Shown here: positions 38,457 to 52,200 of the stretch, one piece after another
Layout: each line of letters opens with the position of its first letter
Numbering within the stretch: position 1 is the stretch's first letter
NCBI GenBank assembly: GCA_001949185.1
Contig: BDGG01000003.1
Coordinates: 3,145,158 to 3,209,157 of the forward strand
DNA: 64,000 nucleotides
Reading direction: 5' to 3'
From: Ramazzottius varieornatus
Taxonomy: Eukaryota; Animalia; Tardigrada
Translations under genes and position numbers: made by a program
Notes under the pieces: model-generated
Databases searched by the model: none
Seen by the model: the letters and a program-made list of their open reading frames with translations, nothing else
Told to the model about the DNA's origin: nothing

Positions 38457-41400
38457 CTAAGCATAATAGTTAGGCGAGACAAGTAGATCTGTCAAGAGAG
38501 CCAACTGATCCTCCGAAAACTTTTCTTTATGTTCCCTCCAGCTATCATGATGGGTCCTACGAAACTCGCTAAACACCGACCGGACCGTCGTACTAATCGG
38601 CGGTGGGTCGTTGATATGATCGCCCAGCGACATCAATACCGCCGGAACAACTGGTGGGACGTCATATGGATGAGCCGCAATACAGGCGCTCAACCCCAGC
38701 ACACCCGCATGTCTCTTGATCAAACTCTGTGTGTACTCGGCACTGGACTTATCCTGCGGCATGCTTGTCTGGGCCAACTGATGAAACTTGTTTAACACCG
38801 GTTCGCTTAAAGGAGTGAAAGCACACTGGACAAAGCCGGTTAAAGTAACGGCGGCCATTTGACGCACTTCGATCTGTTCGTCGAGTAGACGAGACTGAAT
38901 GAGCTCGCTGATCTCACCTACCCATTGAGGATTCTCCATGATAGTCAGCAGGTTGTTGAAGACGCAGACCTGCAGGTTGTCGAGGGCCACGACGCGGGCT
39001 CGCCATGGCATGTTGGTGTCGACTGCCACCGAGCGAACTTCTTGCAGAAGCTTCGGGATGGCTTCTTCGGAGAGAAAGACTTGCGAGAAGCAAGTCAGAG
39101 CGGAGATACAGTCTTTAGCTAGATCGCTATCGCGGGGATCGTTCTCGAAGCGGCACAGCAGCGGGTAAAATTGCTGAAAATTAATGGTCAGTAGAAGATA
39201 TCACCAATAAATACCTTTGTTTTACAATAGCCGACAACTTTGCAGCTAGTATTGAACTGGGACCGAAGCCAGAAACTTGATAAGATCCAAAGTGGCGCAC
39301 ACCTTCAGCCAATAACCCCTGAGCGTGCGCCATTCGGAAAAAAGGATACAGTGCGGCGAAGCAACTTGTCCCAGTTTTTTCAAAATTCGGTTTGTCTTTC
39401 AAAGTAAGATCCACAATCGCCATTTCTACTATGATGCTTTAGTGTTCTTCTATTAAAAATCAACGAGATATCACACGTCTGACAAGAGCATGCGGAGTTT
39501 TAAACCAAAACCTAAACGACTTAACGCAAAAAGTGGCGCACGAGAGTGGCTGATTTTTTGTTCTTTTGCAAAACGATTTTTGAATTTAGAAAATCGACCT
39601 TTCACAAATAAACTAAACCGCTCATGCAGAAAGCTGCGGAATCAAAGCTACCGTCGCGAAAACCATTCACGGCCGAGATCAGTCAGCCTGCATTTACCTA
39701 GAATTAAAACCTCCGGAAAAAGTTACGACTTGCCCAGATCACTACCCGCATATACATAAAAGTTCCACGGCAGATGACAGACCATCCAACTGGAATGTTT
39801 TATGGAAATTTTTATAGCTTAAAAAGGAGCCTTCGTTTTCGTATAGAGAGTTAAGCAAAACTAATTAACTGCGATTTTTCAGATATATTTGAGAAAAACT
39901 GGAGGGTCAAGTTTGATTCACCGCACTGTAGTCGACTCCCTTTGCCGATCCCCCAATTTTTTTGTAAAAAGAAATTATACTGCGTTTTATAATCGCACTT
40001 TGCATACTTTATCGGAGAGTTAGAAAACTCTTACCAGCAATTGTGGACGCAAGGAAGCTAAGGACGAGACATGACTGACGATTGTCTTCACGATGGTCTT
40101 GAACATGTTCAGGAGACCCAAGGTTGTCAACGCGCCGGTCTCGTGCAACAGCACCTGGCAGGCAGTGTGGTACTTCTGGAAGAACTCGACCGGGTTGGGA
40201 CCTTGATCAATCCTCGTTTCCATATTTGGAAGATTCAAATCATGACGGAAGCAGATAGCCAAGAGGAAAGCGACATGGTCTCTGTAAGAATCCATCAGAC
40301 GACCTTCGGCCAGTTGGAGAATCTTGTAGTGGAGGTCTCTTCTTCTCCAGTCCGAGCACTCGAAGATGGCGTAAACGACAGCCAACTTCGACGTGGTTTG
40401 GAAGCCGGTATCTGAGCTCGACATGGAGTTAAGTACGCAACTCAACAGCGGACAAGTCTGCAAAATAGAATGTTGGATGTATTTCCGTAATTCTGAAAGT
40501 CGACGAATAAACACACGGTCCTCCAAACCTACATACAACGACCCATGGTTGTACCATGGATACCAAGTATGCAGGTTCGTGAAAATATCTGTTCGGCTAA
40601 GCCACCTCAAGAGCCTACGTACATCCACACCGTTATTCGTAACGGCGTCCGGGTATGCAGGTTGCTGCATGTGAAGAGACCTACCTGCCGCATGTCTCCA
40701 TAGCCAATAGAGTTCGAGGAAAAGACTGTCCAGTCAGCTTGAGTCTCTCCCGTGATGTTGTTCAACGCCGTTTGAATAATGGGAATGATTTCTTGCCACA
40801 GCTTCGTCACCAGCTTGTATGGCCAGCGTTTCGATCCACGGACCATGGCTGTAAGGATCTCCGTCGCAGCTCGCTGTTCGTGTTCCTCACTTCTCTGCAC
40901 CCATTTCCTAACGTGCTTCAGAAAGTACGGTGTAATCTTGTCCCTGAAATGCCTGAACCATGCTCGGTACATTAGGAAAATCTCCATGTCGAACTCTCCA
41001 TGAGCAAAGTCTTCGGCGGACTGAAACTTCATCAGACTATCGACGAAATCTTCGTTGGTCAACTGGTGAAGTATACATGCTTCAATTTCGTGGACTTGAG
41101 CGGACTTTGTGAGACTAGCGAGAGATTCTTCTTGTTGTCGAATGGGCGCATCGACTTTCAGCCCGTTCTTTGGCCACCCGTAGTAACCTGCAATACGACA
41201 ACGGTAAGATGACTTGTCATCCACCGGACATGGATATGGGTACCTGGCCACATTTTGTCCATGAAGACCGCGTTATCGTACGCTTCCTCAGTCTTCGGGA
41301 CCGTGCCTTCGTTAAAGCAGATCCAGAGATTGTCTTCTCGTACACCCACTGTGTCGGGTAGTACAAGCTGCTTGCCGTCAACGCTTCGGCATGGCTGAAT

Positions 41401-44400
41401 CCGAACTTTCTTCCTTTCCGGCTTGATGGCCCGCATGACGGACACCATCATCAGCTCACTCGAACGTCTTGTCTTGTCGTTGCTGTCTAGGATGCGTTCC
41501 AGTGTGAAGTTCACCAGCGAAATCGGCGGCAGGACATCCTTCCTCACTACCAAAGAAACCGTTACGATCAAACCAGCTAAGTATTTTAATTGGAAACGTC
41601 ACCGGCTAAACCAGAAAATAAGGGCACTATTTCATCGCGAATCTGCGTATTCATGTAGGCTTTGGGTATGTAGGTTCGTGAAGATTTCTGTTCCATTGCC
41701 AAACTTACCGAAGTAACTCAGGAAGACATGGCCGACTAGGAAATTTTTCAGTCTCGTTTGCGGAGCACTCAGCAGTCTAACCAGGTCTTCCAGAAGATCC
41801 AAGTACAACTGCCTGTTTCTGTTATTCTTCTCTTCCAGCTTGCGTGTATTCAGCGTTAGCGCGTGGTCGAACTTCACAGCTAGTTCGTGGCTCATGGTCC
41901 CCATGATTGCCACCGCGATCTCATTCGCTTTCTGATTCGTCGAGAAGGTTATCCCAGTGCTGACAAACTGTGTCTCACAGCTATCAGAAATGACATCAAA
42001 CAACTTCGACACCGTCGGGTTCTCGGAATGTTGAGCTTCGACCACAGCCGGGAAGACCTTACGCAGCGTGTCCCAGTCATGTTTCAAGAAGTACGAAAGA
42101 CTCTTTTGACCAACGAGCAGGTACAGACACCCTTTGAGCTGAGCATCGTTGTCGTCTATCTTGTCTCTGGATGAAGCGAGGTAGTTCAGAATATCGGGTA
42201 ACGCTACGCGGTACGACAGGTGAAGCTGACCGACTAACGAGAGAAAGACTGACTGTGCCGTTTGTCGGACCTCCTTGTACCGGGAGACTGCTAATCGGAC
42301 GATGTATCGGAGACATTCAGCTCTGTTCTGTGTAACGCGACCGGCTTTCTGAAAGACACAACGCATCTCGTGCTGGAGGCGAGCTTTCTCGATGAAGAGC
42401 AGCCGGAAGCGGTTCTTCTTAAGACCCAGTCGGTTGTCCAATTCTTTCTTCACGAACCCTAAAAAAAGCTTCGATAAAAGACTGAAAGCTTCGATAAAAG
42501 AGTGATAAAAGACCTAGAACAGGGAGGTCGACAAAACGTCTGAAACGTCCAAGATTTCAAGTGGCGCACTTTCTCATTGTTATTGGCTGAAAGCGTGCGC
42601 CACTTACTACAGCGATGTCGTACGTTTCGTCTGTCGGTTCCTAACTTAGTAGCTTAAAGTTTTTGCCAGAAGGCTTATCGTACCTAGGGCGGTGGCTAGT
42701 GCAAGGACTTCGTCGGCCGATGGTCCTCGCTGCATGACGAGTGCACGGTAGATGACGAGGATGGACTTCAGCGACTTCGTTTCGTCCCCCGCTCCGCCAG
42801 CCAAAATTCGTTCCACTGTTCGATGAAGAATGTTGGCTATGTATGGTCGGACTGGCTTTCCGTCTATCGTGATTTCTTGCGAAGCGACTCCGATGGACGG
42901 TAGTTCCATCTTCGGATAGTTGAAGTCTACATCTGGTATCGGGACTGGCTGGTCGATGTCGAAACTACAATGCGAGCTCACACCTGTAAAAGATATTCTC
43001 TCAACACAAATTCCGAATAGAACCACATCAAAATATTTCACTGACCTGTAAAGAGAGCTTCGACGATGTAAAGGTAGTTTCGCAACTTCTTGTCCTCGAT
43101 ATCCGTCTTCGAAGAAGCGTACTGGTCCAGCAAGTCCAGTGCGCTTCCTTTGGCAAAGTCCTCGAAGAACTCTTGAGCGAGCGCCACAGTCTGCGCATCT
43201 GGGATGTGCCACTTGACGTGGACCTCTTGAGGCTGCACCTTCCTTCCCCAGTTCCGCAGTGGGTCTTTATCAAAAGTCTTGTCATTGGTTTCGTCGTGGT
43301 AGTTGACTGGAACGGTTCGAAGTAACGTCGTGAGAACTGCCCTGGCTAGGATGCATGACAACCTGTGTCCCATCTGGTCTTCCATGAGCAATGTATCCCG
43401 CAGAATGGCCTTTATGCGATCCGAATACTCCACCACGTAACTGAAACAACAAAATAAAACAAATGCTACATCATGCGCCGACCTGCATACATTGATCCGT
43501 GAGATTGTTACGACGCCCGGGTATGTAGGTTCGTAACGAACGAACTGACTTCATCTTAGGGAAAGATTTAGTGAATACCTTCCAGAGACGAGGACGATGT
43601 CTCCTACCACCTTCAAAGTCCACAAGATTTCATCGTCAACATTAGCTGTTTCGGCAATGTTAGGGTGTTCCTTTAAACGGGTTTCAAGGATCCGCAAAAG
43701 TCGATGGAGCAGAATCGGCTTGGCTAGAGCGGGTCGAACGCGCATGGCCAAAGCACACATTGCGCTGGTAGCGATCGCCCCTAACTGCTGAACTGGGTAA
43801 ATCCGCGTCGCAGCCGCACTACGATAAACTAGAGTGAACAACAACAACAATGAGCGACGTGATAAAGGAGCGAACCCACCTGAAAAGACGTTCCATGAGA
43901 AGTTCGGCGATCTTGTCATCGGCTTGCGTGAAGATGGTCAGCCACAGCATGTCCATTCGAATCTTGATGATCTTCTCATCCATGTTCATGTCTCCGCCAG
44001 CCGTGACGGCCTTCTGACGGTCGGACCGGGAGTTCGGATCGACAGTGAAAGCATCGATTAGCGTCAGACATCGATCAAGAAGTTGCAGAAGAATGTCTTC
44101 GAACTCGGCAGACTGTCCGCACACTTCCCGGTCTGCTTCGGACATGGTACTGTCGTCTTCATCTGCGCTGGAGTAGCATGGACGAAGTGGAACCATGGCG
44201 CAAATCGTCCTACAAGAGCATCACGTTCACTGAATACGGTTAAAACTCAATACTTTTACGTGATTCTCAGGGCGGAAGAAAGGTGCTCATCCCTCACGCA
44301 CATGCGTACAGCGTCTCGTCCTGGTGCCTACATTTCGCTGTATGCAAGAGAGTAACAGCCACTTCCCAGATGGGAAAGTACGCGAAATTTCAAAGCTGAT

Positions 44401-46308
44401 ATGAAATGTCCAGCTAGATTTCATACCGCAAACTTTTTCAAACATTTTGTCAAGTTTTCTTACGAGAAAAAACCCAGTGTGGATGTCGTCTTCTTCGCGT
44501 CGTTGGAGTCGATTCCAGGTAGCATTGCGAGCATCAAGGGCACTACGTTCTTCTTGCCATCCTTGAAGTGGAAGAGGTATGGCAGGGCCCCACACAACGC
44601 GCTGACTATCGACTGGAATCTTTCCGGTTCGGTTAGGGTCTCTACAGACGCGTAAAACTTTTCCAGCAGGTCGGGGAAAATTTCCTCGGGAGCGAGAAGT
44701 GCCAGGTTTTTGATGGCCTCCACGGCTTCCTCCGAAGCTGACTTCCCGAAAAGGTTCAGGAAAGCTAAAGGTTTGAAGGCTCTCACGAACCGGCGAATGC
44801 CTTCGTCCGTAAGGCAAGCTTCTTTCGGAATCTCCGGCATCCAGTCTTGCGGACGGAACCGCTCCAACTGCAGACGAGCCACCAAGCCAACCTAACAGTG
44901 AAACATGAAATAAGATCTGCGCACAATCCTCCAAGTCCGAGACACTATACTGCAGTTCTATACTTCGACTGAAAAAGATTCGTTCTATTCCCAGGAAAAT
45001 CTGAGTAAAAATTCCTGCAGATATCAGTTTTTCTAAAAAATATTTGAGCTCACCGGAAGAAACATCAAAGTGGACGAAAGCTTGTCCGTCCAGTGACCGT
45101 AGTTCGACGGGTGAAAGTACGACTCCACCGACTTGAACAACCTTTCCAAGGCAAGCAAGCAAGCCTCGCTATGCATCATCGCCACTGGCCACAAGACAGC
45201 CGACGACTCATCGAAAGACTCGTTGGAGTACACCAGCTGTAACTGCTTTTTCCCCACCGGAAGTTCCAACGTCCGTAGAAACTTGGTGAAGATGGCCGAG
45301 ATGTAGTCGTCCCACTGAATGAACCCTATGTTCTCAGCCGCGACCCGGGAGAACAACTGCAGCATGTACGATTCCCAGGATGGAACACCGTGGAAGCCCA
45401 GCCATATACGAAGTAGCTCTTCCAGCCACAATTGGTACCCGAATTTCTTATCGGTAGCTTTCAACATGGTTGGGAGAAAAATAGCCAACGCGCTCATAGC
45501 ACGAGACATGCTTTCGTCGAATGGACAAAACATCGGCCGAAACTCGTCTAGAAGTTCCTGCGTGGCGGACAGAGGGAAGTAGTACCTGCAGTAACCGATC
45601 AACTCGCGCAGCTCTTCTTCCAGTTTGTCCGGCCAATACAGTACGCCCTAAATAATCCGAAAATATTCAGCAGATTTCCAAGCATTACTAGATGATTTTC
45701 CTTACGTGAAACTGATCTTTGGACGGATTTATCTTCTCGTACAATTTCCACAGTGGTCTCCAATCAAGCGTTAAGTCCTCTGCGGAAATCAACTCGAGTT
45801 TCTTCAACAGCACACAGCTTATCTTGCACCATTTTCCCACTAGACTAGGATCCATGTTTGGGTCAAGCAACAACTCCAGATACAGTTTGATGAAGTAAAT
45901 ATGGTCCTGTTTCGAGAACTGTCGACCGTACAGAGCAATGTAGGAGTCCAGTCGAGTCGTCCAGAAGAATACACCGGGACGGTAGTCTACGGCCAAGACG
46001 CACTTGGCTAGATTCTCTTTGATATCGGCCAACCACTGTGCTGCTTCGTTTTCCAATTGTCCCCAGTACGGTAAGAACTTGTTGTATACCATCTCGTGCT
46101 GTTGATCTCGAACTGGCTGGAAGGAAATCCGTACACTGTCAGCGGCGTCGCCGTCCACGGCTTTGTTGGCCATCTCGATGCTCAGCTGACTCATCAGGCT
46201 TCCACGGTTGAGCCTCGCTGCGGAACCTCCGACTGGAAGGGTGACTGCTGGGCTGGACTTGGGTTCCTCGGGACCTGTCTTGTGACGAGCAGGAGAGAAG
46301 TCGGCCAT
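38457..46308 (-). CDS. PSME4: Proteasome activator PA200/Blm10, multi-exon
   Basis: VYNKFLPY, YIALYGRQFSKQDH, ESYFHPSNYGHW, LPGIDSND..KT, RHAGVLGLSACIAAHPYDVP, EFRRTHHDSW and C-terminal LLVSPNYYA (HbYX motif). Confidence 0.96.
40526..40662. repeat. Second intronic inverted-repeat family (ACCTRCATAC...GTATGYAGGT)
   Basis: Motif pairs in PSME4 introns (40526-40662, ~41666, 43481-43531) and a GLG1 intron (53621-53776). Confidence 0.65.
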
Positions 46309-46813
46309 CTCTGAGCTTGTTCTGGAATCTGGGTGTTCGTCCACCGTCCAACTTCTGTGAGGAAGTAACCACACGGACGCGCAAACACTATGGGTGACCA
46401 ACTCACGCGATAGTCAGTTTGATGCTCCTTTCGGGATACCACGATGGGGAAGTTCGCGAATCGCGATTCACGATCTGCGAATGATGACTGAGAACTGAGG
46501 AGTAAACTTGTTGAGTCATTACTGAGTTTTCTCTAGCATTTGTTGTTCGATCGACTGATTGGTTGATCAATTGATAGACCAAATTCGGTTTTATGACTTA
46601 TGTATCGTGATTTCTCTTCTGTGACGGCAGCACCCTTATGACGTCATGTTTCACCGGAAGTGGAGAGTCTGCAACAGTCACTTTGTTTCCTCCTGGTTTG
46701 CGTGCATGTTTTATTTTTGAATTTTAATCTAGGTCAGAAGCAAGCAACGTCGTGTGGCCGGGGAGCAAGCAAGACGAAGCACGCTCGAGACACAAGAAAG
46801 ATCCACAGCCAGG
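46309..46813. promoter_or_regulatory. Probable bidirectional promoter region between PSME4 and the P450, with CRE and ETS motifs
   Basis: Head-to-head start codons about 500 bp apart; TGACGTCA at 46639-46646 followed closely by CCGGAAGT. Confidence 0.5.
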
Positions 46814-48447
46814 ATGGCGGAGTGGTCAGACAGCACCGTCGTCCTTCTTCTGACCGTTATCACGGGACTAGTGCTCTGGATGTGCATTCGTAAACGAAGG
46901 CCCCCCAGTCTTCCTCCAGGACCATGGAATGCGCCCCTCGTCGGATGTGCTGTCTTACTCGACCCGAAGAATCCTGTAAAGACCTTCTGCGACTGGGCAG
47001 AGAAGTATGGGAAGCTGTTTTACTGCAAGATGGGCAAAGATCCATGGATAGTGCTAAATGATGTGAACATTTTGAAAGAAGTGTATGCTTCGGTCGACTG
47101 CCAGAGCCGTCCACAGAATGCAGGTGTCGTGCTGCGGAAAGCCGAGTCCGGAGGACATTGCGGTAATAAATGAACCCGAAAAGTAGCTCTCACACTCTCA
47201 ATATCGCCGTTGTATTCAACAGGTGTGATCTTTGCGGATGGCAAAGAATGGAAGGAACATCGCCGCTTCACAATGCGGACTCTGCGAGATCATGGTATGG
47301 GTCGTCGGTTGATAGAGAATAAAGTGGCCGAAGAAGTCGAATACCTAGCGGAGCTGTTCGAGAAGTCAGACGAGCAGCCGTTCGATAACAAAGTTGCCAT
47401 CTGTACGGCTGTAGCTAATGTGATATCCAGCGTCGTTAGCGGTATCCGGTACGAAGTCGACGACCTACAGTTTGTATCACTTCTCGAAAACATCGCGTTC
47501 CTCTTCCGTGGTAACTTCACGACGCTGATGATCAACAGTTACCTCTGGCTGCGCTTCGTGCCACCATTCCGAGCCGTCTTCATGGAGCTCTTCAAGCGAG
47601 CCAGAAGTGTTTCCGACTACTTTCTGGCCCTAACTAACGAATCGTTCAAAACATGGGTTCCCGGTAGCGACAGAACCTTCATGGACAGCTACATTACTGC
47701 TCTCAATAACAAGGAGTTTGAGACGTTTGATAAGATGCAGCTCAGCTACATGGCGGAAGACTTGATGGAAGCGGGGTTCGAAACCTCGTCCACAGTCTTA
47801 CGGTGGGCTTTTTTACTCATGTGTGTCCACCCGGAAATACAAAGTCGTGTTCAGGCGGAACTGGATGCCGTATCCACTGGAGATGAGACTTTTAGACCTT
47901 CTCACCAGTTAAACCAGCCGTATGCGGAAGCTGTCCTGCTGGAAGTCCAGCGGTTCGCCAGCATCGTTCCTCTGGGAGTATTCCATGTTACTTCCGCCAC
48001 AATGAAGATAGACCGATACGAGATCCCAAAAGATTTTCATATGCTACCGAACTTGTACTTCATTCATCACGATGAAAGAATATGGGAGAAGCCAGATGAG
48101 TTTATACCGGAAAGATTTCTTTCCGTGGATGGAACTGCAGTGGTTGTTCCTGAAGCGTACGTGCCTTTCGGACTTGGTCAGTGCTTCCTCGTATGGATGG
48201 ATGGATGAAAATTACAAATTAATTAGGTGTGTTTCAACGTATTTATTCTCCTTTCCTAGGGCTGCGTCGTTGCCCCGGAGAAAGCCTGGCTCGCGTGGAA
48301 CTGCACATGTTCTTTAGTACGATACTGAAAAGATTCCGCTTGACAGTTTCAAACGATTTCAACGGCGACCTAACGCCAGTTTTTGGTACCACTTTGGATA
48401 CTCCACCTCATGCAATCGTTGCCACCAAACGCTACGCTTTGGGATGA
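46814..48447 (+). CDS. Cytochrome P450, CYP2 clan, 3 exons
   Basis: N-terminal TM anchor and PPGP, WKEHRRF (C helix), AGFETSS (I helix), EVQR (ExxR), PERF, and heme motif PFGLG/LRRCPGE across the last intron. Confidence 0.95.
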
Positions 48448-49271
48448 GTTGAGACGCAGTTAATTCTTCTTGTTATGTCACTCAGTTTTTTCTTGACTTA
48501 AAGTAATCTCATACCGAAAGTTTGACCGGTAGTTTCCACTTTTTGTGTTCGAAGTTGAGTTGGTGGTTTCTAACTTAAAGTTCCTGAAACTCCTGTATTC
48601 GACATTCCGCCATTTGCTCTAGCTTAATTATGGTCTTAAGAGCGAAAAACAGAATGAGGCTGTCATTAACTTACGCGCATCCGCGGCAGTGCTAATCGAG
48701 ACCCCGTTTATCTCCGCTTCTGGGGACTAGAGAGCGGGTTCCCTGTTTCATCCACTGACGAGGGCAAATCCTAGTTCTAATAAATTGAAGTCACATTATG
48801 TTATACGGGTTCAGTTACTAAGGCTCTGATGTTCTACTTCGACTGTGCCTTTAGCGGGACAGAAGATCCAGAGGTCTCCCGACCAGGAGACGCAGCCGGA
48901 AGTGCCAGACATTACAGTGTACCTTTTGGACCAATCAAAACTGACCACCGAGGAGCTCCGCCCACTCCTACGAAGAATAAAATTTGTTTTTTTTCAAATC
49001 CGGTTTTGATGGGCTTTGCCGTGGCGCAGCATGCACTTCTTGAACTTGTGAAGAATCTTCGCAGTTGGTAGCAGCGTGTGTGGACTACTAACGTACGGAC
49101 GTCTTTGGAAACTACAAGTATCGGTGCGGAGATGCGGACGTGAACGTGTCAATTTGTCCAATCATCGTTTTCCATAAAACATCTGGCCACGAGATGTTTT
49201 TAACCAGCTGAATCAACTCAACCACGCTTCTTTTCGACAGGATATTATTCCGTTTTGTTGGCGACCCGGAC

Positions 49272-52200
49272 ATGATGGTCTATTTTCCTCATCTCTCTTT
49301 GCTCACGCTGGTCGTGACAGCGACTACACATTCCGCAGCCAGGGACATACCAGCTCAAAGTAAGGTTTGATTACTTGATACCTATGTGCCAATTTATGCT
49401 CGTGACGTCACGGTCGTTCTTACGGCCGTCCCAAACCTGTCTGTATCGTTCTAATAGCTAGTGACGTCGTGCGCGTGCTGTATGTATCAGTCTCCGAGTG
49501 CTTCACGCACTACGTCACTAAGCACTGCGCGTTTGCCTTCTGAATTTTCATTTCACGCCATTTGGCTCGTGATATCACGATCAACTCAGGCAGTTCGCGG
49601 ATTATTCCTTCAATTTCAGATGGAGACCAACCTGCAGCAGCAGGACATCAACCCATTCCAAACCAACCAGGCAGAAATAATCAGAACCTCCAGACGACCG
49701 AAGATGGAGAAATCGTGAACTTGGCTGACCACCCTGCTTGTAGAGGCGATGTACAAAGACTGTGCCACAACCTTGGTGGGCAACACGGGAAAGATCCTCA
49801 AACGGAAGCGAAGAACAGTTTGGACGTCCTCGAATGTTTCATAAACCACGTGAGCTCTTAACGGAATCTCTGTCAGCGGTTTGAACGACTGCTTCCGACT
49901 TCCGTATCTAACACTTTTCATGGCGTCTGTTTTGTTGCAGGATGACCAAGCCGTCTCTAAAGAATGCCACCAAGTTATGTGGGAGTTCAAAAGTAACGTG
50001 ACGAAAGACCCTCGGATAGCCGATATCGCCGGGGCTCAGTGCGCGGAAGAAATCGACAAGGGGGGCCTCAAGAAATGCGAGCAGCAGAAAGGCGACACCG
50101 GGCACTACATTTCCTGCCTGGTAGAAGAAAAGACCACGATTGCAAGCCCGGCCTGCCTAACTTTCGTCAACAAGGTTGCCCTTGTAGTATTCTCTGACTA
50201 TCGCCTGGTCCGAAACTTTGCTGAGGCCTGTGAATCGGACGTTAAGCGGCTCAACTGTGGCCACAACGACCCGAAACATCAGGCTGGACATAGCCAGGGC
50301 GCCACGTTGAACTGCCTCGTCAAACATCTGGAGCAAGAACATATGCTGAAGATGCAGGCAACTCAAGCGAAGGATGCGCAGGCTGAACGAACGTTGAGGG
50401 AAAAAGGCGAAATCACGCCAGAGTGTTCGCACCAAGTTTTGAGGTTGTTGGAACTCCAGGCCGACGATTTCCACTTGGACAGGTACGACCTAAACCATCC
50501 ATACAGTTTCATACATTTAAAGAACTCTTCTCGCGCTCAGGGCTCTGTTCTTTGCCTGTCGAGACGACCGAGAAAATTTCTGCCACGATGTCCAGTCCGG
50601 TAACGGGAAGGTGTATCAATGTTTGCTAACTCATAAGGACCACGAGCAGTTTTCAAAAGAGGTAAAGTGCAAACTGTTCATGGATCGTTTTACTGATTGA
50701 CTGAGTTCAATCTGGTGAACCTTTTCTTTTTACAGTGCAGGGAACAGCTGGTACAACGGGAAGTGGCAGCCCAGACGGACTACAAAGTGGACTACGGTCT
50801 GGGTCACATGTGCCAGAACGAGCTTCAGCAGCATCAGTGTATGCCTCCACAAGGCACCGACCAGGGAATGCAGATTTCTTACGTGATCCTGTGCTTGGAA
50901 GGCGTCATTCACAAAAAAGGTAGATGTCATCAAGCCATTAGTACAATAATTTCGAAGTGAAATTTGTTTGCTGTTTCTTCTTTTCGATATCGGGTTCAGT
51001 GTAGAAGATCGTCTTTTTCTCGCCGATTTTCAACGTTTGTTTCACGGCGTTGTTTCTTACAGGACAGCAAGCCATTGGAGCACAGTGTATGCAAGCCGTC
51101 TTCTACCAGCGACAAGCTATGATGTCCGACTTTAACATCTCGCCGAACATCGTAGTCTTCTGTAAGCCCGATATCGAGCAGAACTGCAAGAATGTCCACC
51201 CGAAAGGCATCATTCACTGCTTGATGGGTGTGGCCAAAGAGCAGGTCCCGGTGGGAACTGGCGAAGCAGCTATGATGCAGTCCAAGATCTCGGCTCCTTG
51301 TTCGCGCGAACTGAATAACCTCCTACTGGGCGCCGATATAGCAGGAGACGTCAAGGTCGATACTATCCTGTACGAAGCTTGTCGGAATATCATTGACGGT
51401 CGCTGCTCTCAAGTCAAATCCAATTCGCAGTAAGTTGTGCTGATCTGTCCCTGGGGAAGTGGAAACTCGGTAAACAAACTTGACAAGATCGTTTTCCCAA
51501 GTGGCGTACCTTTCCCGTTTTTCTGGCTGAGTGCTTGCGCCACTTGGAAAAACGATCTTGTCGAGTCTGTTCGCCAAGGTTTCAAATTGCTTCACTAGTC
51601 GATTGTTGTTTTTAGTTTGATAGGTTGTCTGATGCAACAGATGCAGCTTCCGGAGATGTCAGACGCATGCGAGATGCGTCTGTTGGAGTCGCATTACTTT
51701 GTCACACGCGACATCCGCCTCGACGCGGAACTCTTCGAAGCATGTAAAGACGAAGCCGTTAAAGTTTGCGGCATGGAAGAAGGATGGACCCTGGAGAAGC
51801 AGAAGGAGAAGGAACAACAAGCTCCCGAGCGAGGTCCCTTGACATTCAGTTGCTTGTATCGGCATGCTTTCGGCTCAGGGGCTGACAAAACTGGGGTAAG
51901 TCCGGCACACGTCGAATTTAGTGTTATCCATGGTTAAATTGGATGATTTCAGTTGTCACAACGATGTGTGGACCAAGTGAAGACGACCCTTCACCAGCGA
52001 GCTTTGGCCATGGAGATCCCACCGGAAGTGGATGTCAGCTGTATTCACGACCTGGCCTACTTCTGTGCGGACAAACAGTACAAGAAAGGGCAGGTAGGGA
52101 CATTTACTTCAGCCTTCTGAAGATTTCAAAATTTTATAGGCGTGTTTTATGTAGGAATTCCAATGTCTGCAAGCGCACTATAACAAGCTGCAGAAACCCT

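Noticed and set aside
42465-42510. 20-bp tandem duplication in a PSME4 intron (similar 17-bp duplication near 33766-33806)
   Set aside because: Ordinary local slippage duplication with no sign of function.
44287-45162. 291-aa minus-strand ORF
   Set aside because: Alternative frame overlapping PSME4 exons and introns.
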